64,000 nt of DNA from the NCBI GenBank assembly GCA_950097015.1, contig CATNEN010000024.1, positions 4,960,001-5,024,000 of the forward strand, written 5' to 3'. Below the pieces are notes generated by a model that worked only from the letters and a program-made list of their open reading frames with translations, made no database searches and was not told the origin of the DNA. The stretch is from Macrostomum hystrix. Lineage: Eukaryota; Animalia; Platyhelminthes. Below are positions 59,961 to 64,000 of this stretch, piece after piece (within the stretch, counting starts at the first letter, position 1; every line of letters starts with the position of its first letter). The position numbers and the translations under genes were made by a program.

Positions 59961-60769
59961 TTGGTCAAATTATAATTCACATTAGTTAGCGATTGAAGTA
60001 AAATATAAAACGACAAGAACAGTTTCCTTAAAAAACAAAATCTACCAAAAAAATAAAATACTGCAACTAAATAAAAATAGATGACGGGTCACACGTTTTG
60101 CTTAGTTTTGCTAATTGCGTTCTGTAGTTGAAGCTAAGAACAGCTAAGTCAAAGTAAAAAACTTAATGATTAAATCACTGAATAAACATCTAAATAAGAT
60201 TTGAGACACCAGGACAAGTACGAGTATTATGCAAAACAAGCAAACTTCAAATTTCAATTCTAATCGACTAAGACAAAACGGACTGCAAGTTGAATTAATT
60301 GACGCCTAGAGAGCAGAACAAGCGACCGATTGGCCGTTGAGTCTTTTAAATGCTTTTAAGTTTTGTTTCGAACTGAAGTAAACTCAGAAACAAAAACCAA
60401 AAATATTGCTAGATTGATTCGCGGAACAGCTGAACACTTAATTAATGGAATTGTACAAATGAAACACCTGAACACAATGAGCAAAAAATAAAGCTGCTTA
60501 ATTAATACATCGACAAAGCATTCGAGTACAAAAACTGGTGTCAGGCGAACAAGAAATGAGACAAGAACAGTGCGAATATTAATTGAGAAATAAATAATTA
60601 GCAAAATTACATTTTATAACTTGTAAAAAAGCAATTGACGGACGCATGTAATGCAGCTTGAAAAATAATAACTTAAAGCGTAAAAAATAACTAGATCATC
60701 GACTACTTTAACTTACAAACTAATTAACAATCACCAGAGGCACACATTTTGGAGATTTGAAAGGACTAT

Positions 60770-61232
60770 TTGCAGGGTGGCTGGCACTGCGATGCAGGGT
60801 GGCTGGCACTGCGATGCAGGGTGGCTGGCACTGCGATGCAGGGTGGCTGGCACTGCGATGCAGTTTGGCTGGCACTGCGATGCAGGTGGCTGGCACTGCG
60901 ATGCAGGGTGGCTGACACTGAGCGACAGGGTTGGCTGAGACTGAGATGCAGGGTGGCTGACACCGAGAGACTGAGATGCAGGGTGGCTGACATTGAGAGA
61001 CTGAGATGCAGGGTGGCTGACACCGAGAGACTGAGATGCAGGGTGTCTGACACCGAGAGACTGAGATGCAGGGTGGCTGACATTGAGAGACTGAGATGCA
61101 GGGTGGCTGACATTGAGAGACTGAGATGCAGGGTGGTTGACACCGAGAGACTGAGATGCAGGGTGGCTGACATTGAGAGACTGAGATGCAGGGTGGCTGA
61201 CACCGAGAGACTGAGATGCAGGGTGGGCTGAC
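60770..61232. repeat. Compound minisatellite: 22-nt (GCAGGGTGGCTGGCACTGCGAT) then 30-nt (GCAGGGTGGCTGACACCGAGAGACTGAGAT)
   Basis: Two related units sharing GATGCAGGGTGGCTG. Confidence 0.92.
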
Positions 61233-61751
61233 ACAGGTAGCAGGAGAGGTATGAAAGTGAAAGTAAAAGAGAAAAGTAACCAAACTTGAACAGAAAAAAC
61301 GACTATCGCTAAAATGTGAGCCAAGTAGAATGAAAAGTCAATATAATATAACAAAAATACCGTTCCGGCAACAACAGTGCACACTGATTTGTGGCAGCAA
61401 TAAGACAAATACGAAATAATGAAAAGCTCCTAAATGAAAAAATCGTGAAATCTAGAAGCATCTAAACATGAGATGAAAAAAGTCACAACCAAACAATCGT
61501 AAAGTGAACAAAGACTCTGCGAGTGAATTTCGCATTTATCGGAGTGGGAACAAGTATTATTGACATTGAGAATGAAGTGGACAGCAACAAATTTCTACTT
61601 GAATATTAAATTACTACTAATTGTGTTAATGCAGTTGGTTTTCGAATTCAAAGTTTTCAGGTTATAAATCTATTAGGAGAAAACAAAAACAACAGAGCAA
61701 ACAGTAAACGCTTATCATTCACCAAAACTAGGAACAGAAGCAGCCAGACTA

Positions 61752-62503
61752 TCAGTGTGAGCACAGCCGGCTGCTACTAGCAGCAGTTGCAGATGAGGCA
61801 GGGCAGCGGCCGAGCGCAGGCGGAACGCCGCCATTGGCGCCGACACTGACGCTGAGTTGGCGACTACGAGTAGAATCGCCGCTGCCGTGACGCCTAGTTA
61901 CTGAGACACGCATTGCCCGACAACAGCCCAGGTGCTGCTGCTGCTGCTGGAAATTTTGCTTCCTCTGCTGTTGATGCCGCGTAAGGTCTGAATAATTCAC
62001 CTGGGCAGCACAGGCCGCGAAGCTGCTGGCGTTGCTAACCATGGCAATAGCGAAATCGTCTTCATCAAGAAGCGAGGTTGTTGAAAGCGGCGGAGGAGAA
62101 GATGAAGCTGATGACGATGAGAGCGGCGTCTGTGGCGGAGCCGGCTGCAACGGAATCGCCAGCGAAGACGAGGGTGCGAGCGGAGGTGGCAGCGGCGGCT
62201 GCAGCAACGGAGGCGTACACGACGAGGAAGAATCGAGCGGGCCAAGCAAAGAGGCCAAATCGGCCAAGTCGGCGCATTCAACATCATCGCCAGAGGTCAG
62301 CTGAAGCAGGTCGGCTGGCAGCAGCGACATCAGATCGCTGGAGAGCTCGCCACCGGACAGGGGCTCTGAACCGCCAGCGTTGCAATTATTAACTATTGAA
62401 TCGTAGTTGACGGCAATGGGCTGTTTAGGATGCGGATCCAGGGTGACCAATTGCAGCTTTTGTTGCTGTGACAGCTGGGGCATTGCTTGCACTGGGACCG
62501 GCA
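61752..62503 (-). CDS. Uncharacterised low-complexity protein-coding exon (Pro/Ser/Gln-rich with acidic patches)
   Basis: GC-rich 250-codon ORF within AT-rich flanks, preceded by acceptor ctctcaatacag|; no recognisable domain. Confidence 0.5.
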
Positions 62504-63610
62504 CTGTATTGAGAGATTGTTTTAGGAAAATTAAAATGACTGGTACAGTATAGAAATTATAGTAGGCTCTTAATAAAAAGCATGGTATACGCTGTTATGA
62601 TATATTATCGAACACAGAGAGCAAAATATATCGAAAAAGTTCACCCACTTCAATCTGATAACCCGATCTACAGCTGGCACCTATTTCACAGCCTCTCAAT
62701 TTCTCAAATTGAGTTGCTCAAGAGAGATTCGAACTCAAAGCCTCTCGGTTTGAAGTACGAAGCTCTTTGATTTGCCGCCGAGATTTCGACGCTATGCGTT
62801 CGCTTTTATTATACTCGTAATTATAAGACAAAAGAAGCAGAACTTAAAAGATAAAAGCAACAAGGCCTCATTAACACAAACAGGCAGATTATGGAGACGA
62901 TTATAAACGATTAAATGACGGTAGCGCCATGCATAGATACTATCCGGTAGTGCATCAAGCTTCTTATTTGTATTTAAGTTATAAAAAGTAAGAAGCTAAC
63001 TTTTTAGGAAGGAAAATGCAGCAATAAAGCTAGTTTTTCTGAATGCAATGAGAATGTCACATTAAATCACATTGGGCGAAACCATACATCAGACAGGATA
63101 GGGTTTAAAAATGTCCTACCAGCGTACGTTATTTTTTGCTTCTATTATAAAAAGAATTTAAAATATTCCAGCAAAAGATGACACCATATTGCTTCTTACT
63201 AAGTAGAAAAACAAAAGCTGCAACTTTAGTTCAAACTAATAAATAGTCTTTGAGGAATTTGAAAATGGGTTACAATGAAAAAGTGCGACTATTAATTATA
63301 AAACAATCATCAATCAATAAAAATTTTGACAAGTTTATTAGCCGATTCTTCATACAAAATGAATCATCAATCATCAATTATAAAGCTAATTTAGGAAGTC
63401 AGCTGCAAACATACGAGCCGTACAATGAGTTTATATGTAAACAAAGACTTTGATATAAAAATGGTGGGACAATCTATTAAATCATTTAGTCGGATAAGTC
63501 TAAAGCTTTATAACTAAAAAACTGGGTAGTTGGGGATTATAAACCTGTGCAGATGAGATCTCAAATATTTTTATATACTTCTGATTAAGTTCAGACGAAG
63601 CTTACAAGCC

Positions 63611-64000
63611 TCAATTGTGAGCGGAAATTGGCGATTCGGCGTCGGTAATTAGGCGGGCCAGGTAGGGCGAGCCCGGCTGCAGCTGGGAGCAATTGGCCAC
63701 AGACAGGCACTTGGCGCTGCGGTACTTCTGGTAGACAAACCGATGGTGATGGTGCTGCTGCTCATGCCTGGAGTCGGCAACGGCGGCAGCTCTGAGCAGG
63801 GCGCGGGCCATGCCAGCCGACACTGGCCGGAGCGCCTCAACAGTGTAACCAGAGTAGAATGCGAGCTGACTAGACCAGTCTAGAGCATCGACTCCCAAGG
63901 CGATGCGCAGTGCGGCGGCGGCCAGCTGACTGGCTGGTCGGCAGGAGAGCTCGGCGCTAAGCGTGGCCAGTTCTAGCAAGTATTTGGCAATAAAGTGCAA
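63611..64000 (-). CDS. Cyclin B-like, C-terminal cyclin-box region (5'-partial, last exon)
   Basis: HFIAKYLLELA...PASQLAAAAL...W...L.FYSGY...L.PV...VYQKYRSAK...VA matches the cyclin A/B C-terminal pattern; TGA at 63611..63613. Confidence 0.8.
   Translation of the reverse strand: MHFIAKYLLELATLSAELSCRPASQLAAAALRIALGVDALDWSSQLAFYSGYTVEALRPVSAGMARALLRAAAVADSRHEQQHHHHRFVYQKYRSAKCLSVANCSQLQPGSPYLARLITDAESPISAHN

Noticed and set aside
247-61408. Dozens of long repetitive ORFs (for example 25863..27659, 37424..38455, 54418..60016)
   Set aside because: They are translations of tandem repeats lacking stops in some frames, mostly intronic, with no domain content.

Overview
Eukaryotic animal genomic DNA with spliceosomal introns. 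Almost every intron carries its own minisatellite, which suggests (inference only) a Macrostomum-like flatworm. Host genes, left to right: the 3' part of an alpha7-like nicotinic acetylcholine receptor subunit with two duplicated exon pairs (loop C+M1, and pore helix M2) that look mutually exclusive; a complete 7-exon RNA polymerase II second-largest subunit gene (RPB2, 1178 aa by my exon join); a 3-exon ToxA-like SAM methyltransferase; a highly divergent p53/p63/p73-family gene (DNA-binding domain, putative oligomerisation domain, SAM domain, no obvious N-terminal transactivation domain); a D-2-hydroxyacid dehydrogenase whose 11.9-kb intron holds a degraded Penelope-like retroelement and an apparently intact 8.5-kb CACTA/EnSpm-type transposon; an orphan low-complexity ORF; and the 3' end of a cyclin B-like gene. 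The strongest novelty candidate is the transposon cargo: besides a spliced DDE transposase and a BEN-domain protein, it encodes a miniature CtIP/Sae2-like DNA end-resection factor whose CDK-regulated TP site appears replaced by HD. All homology calls are hand alignments to recalled sequences; no database search was run.
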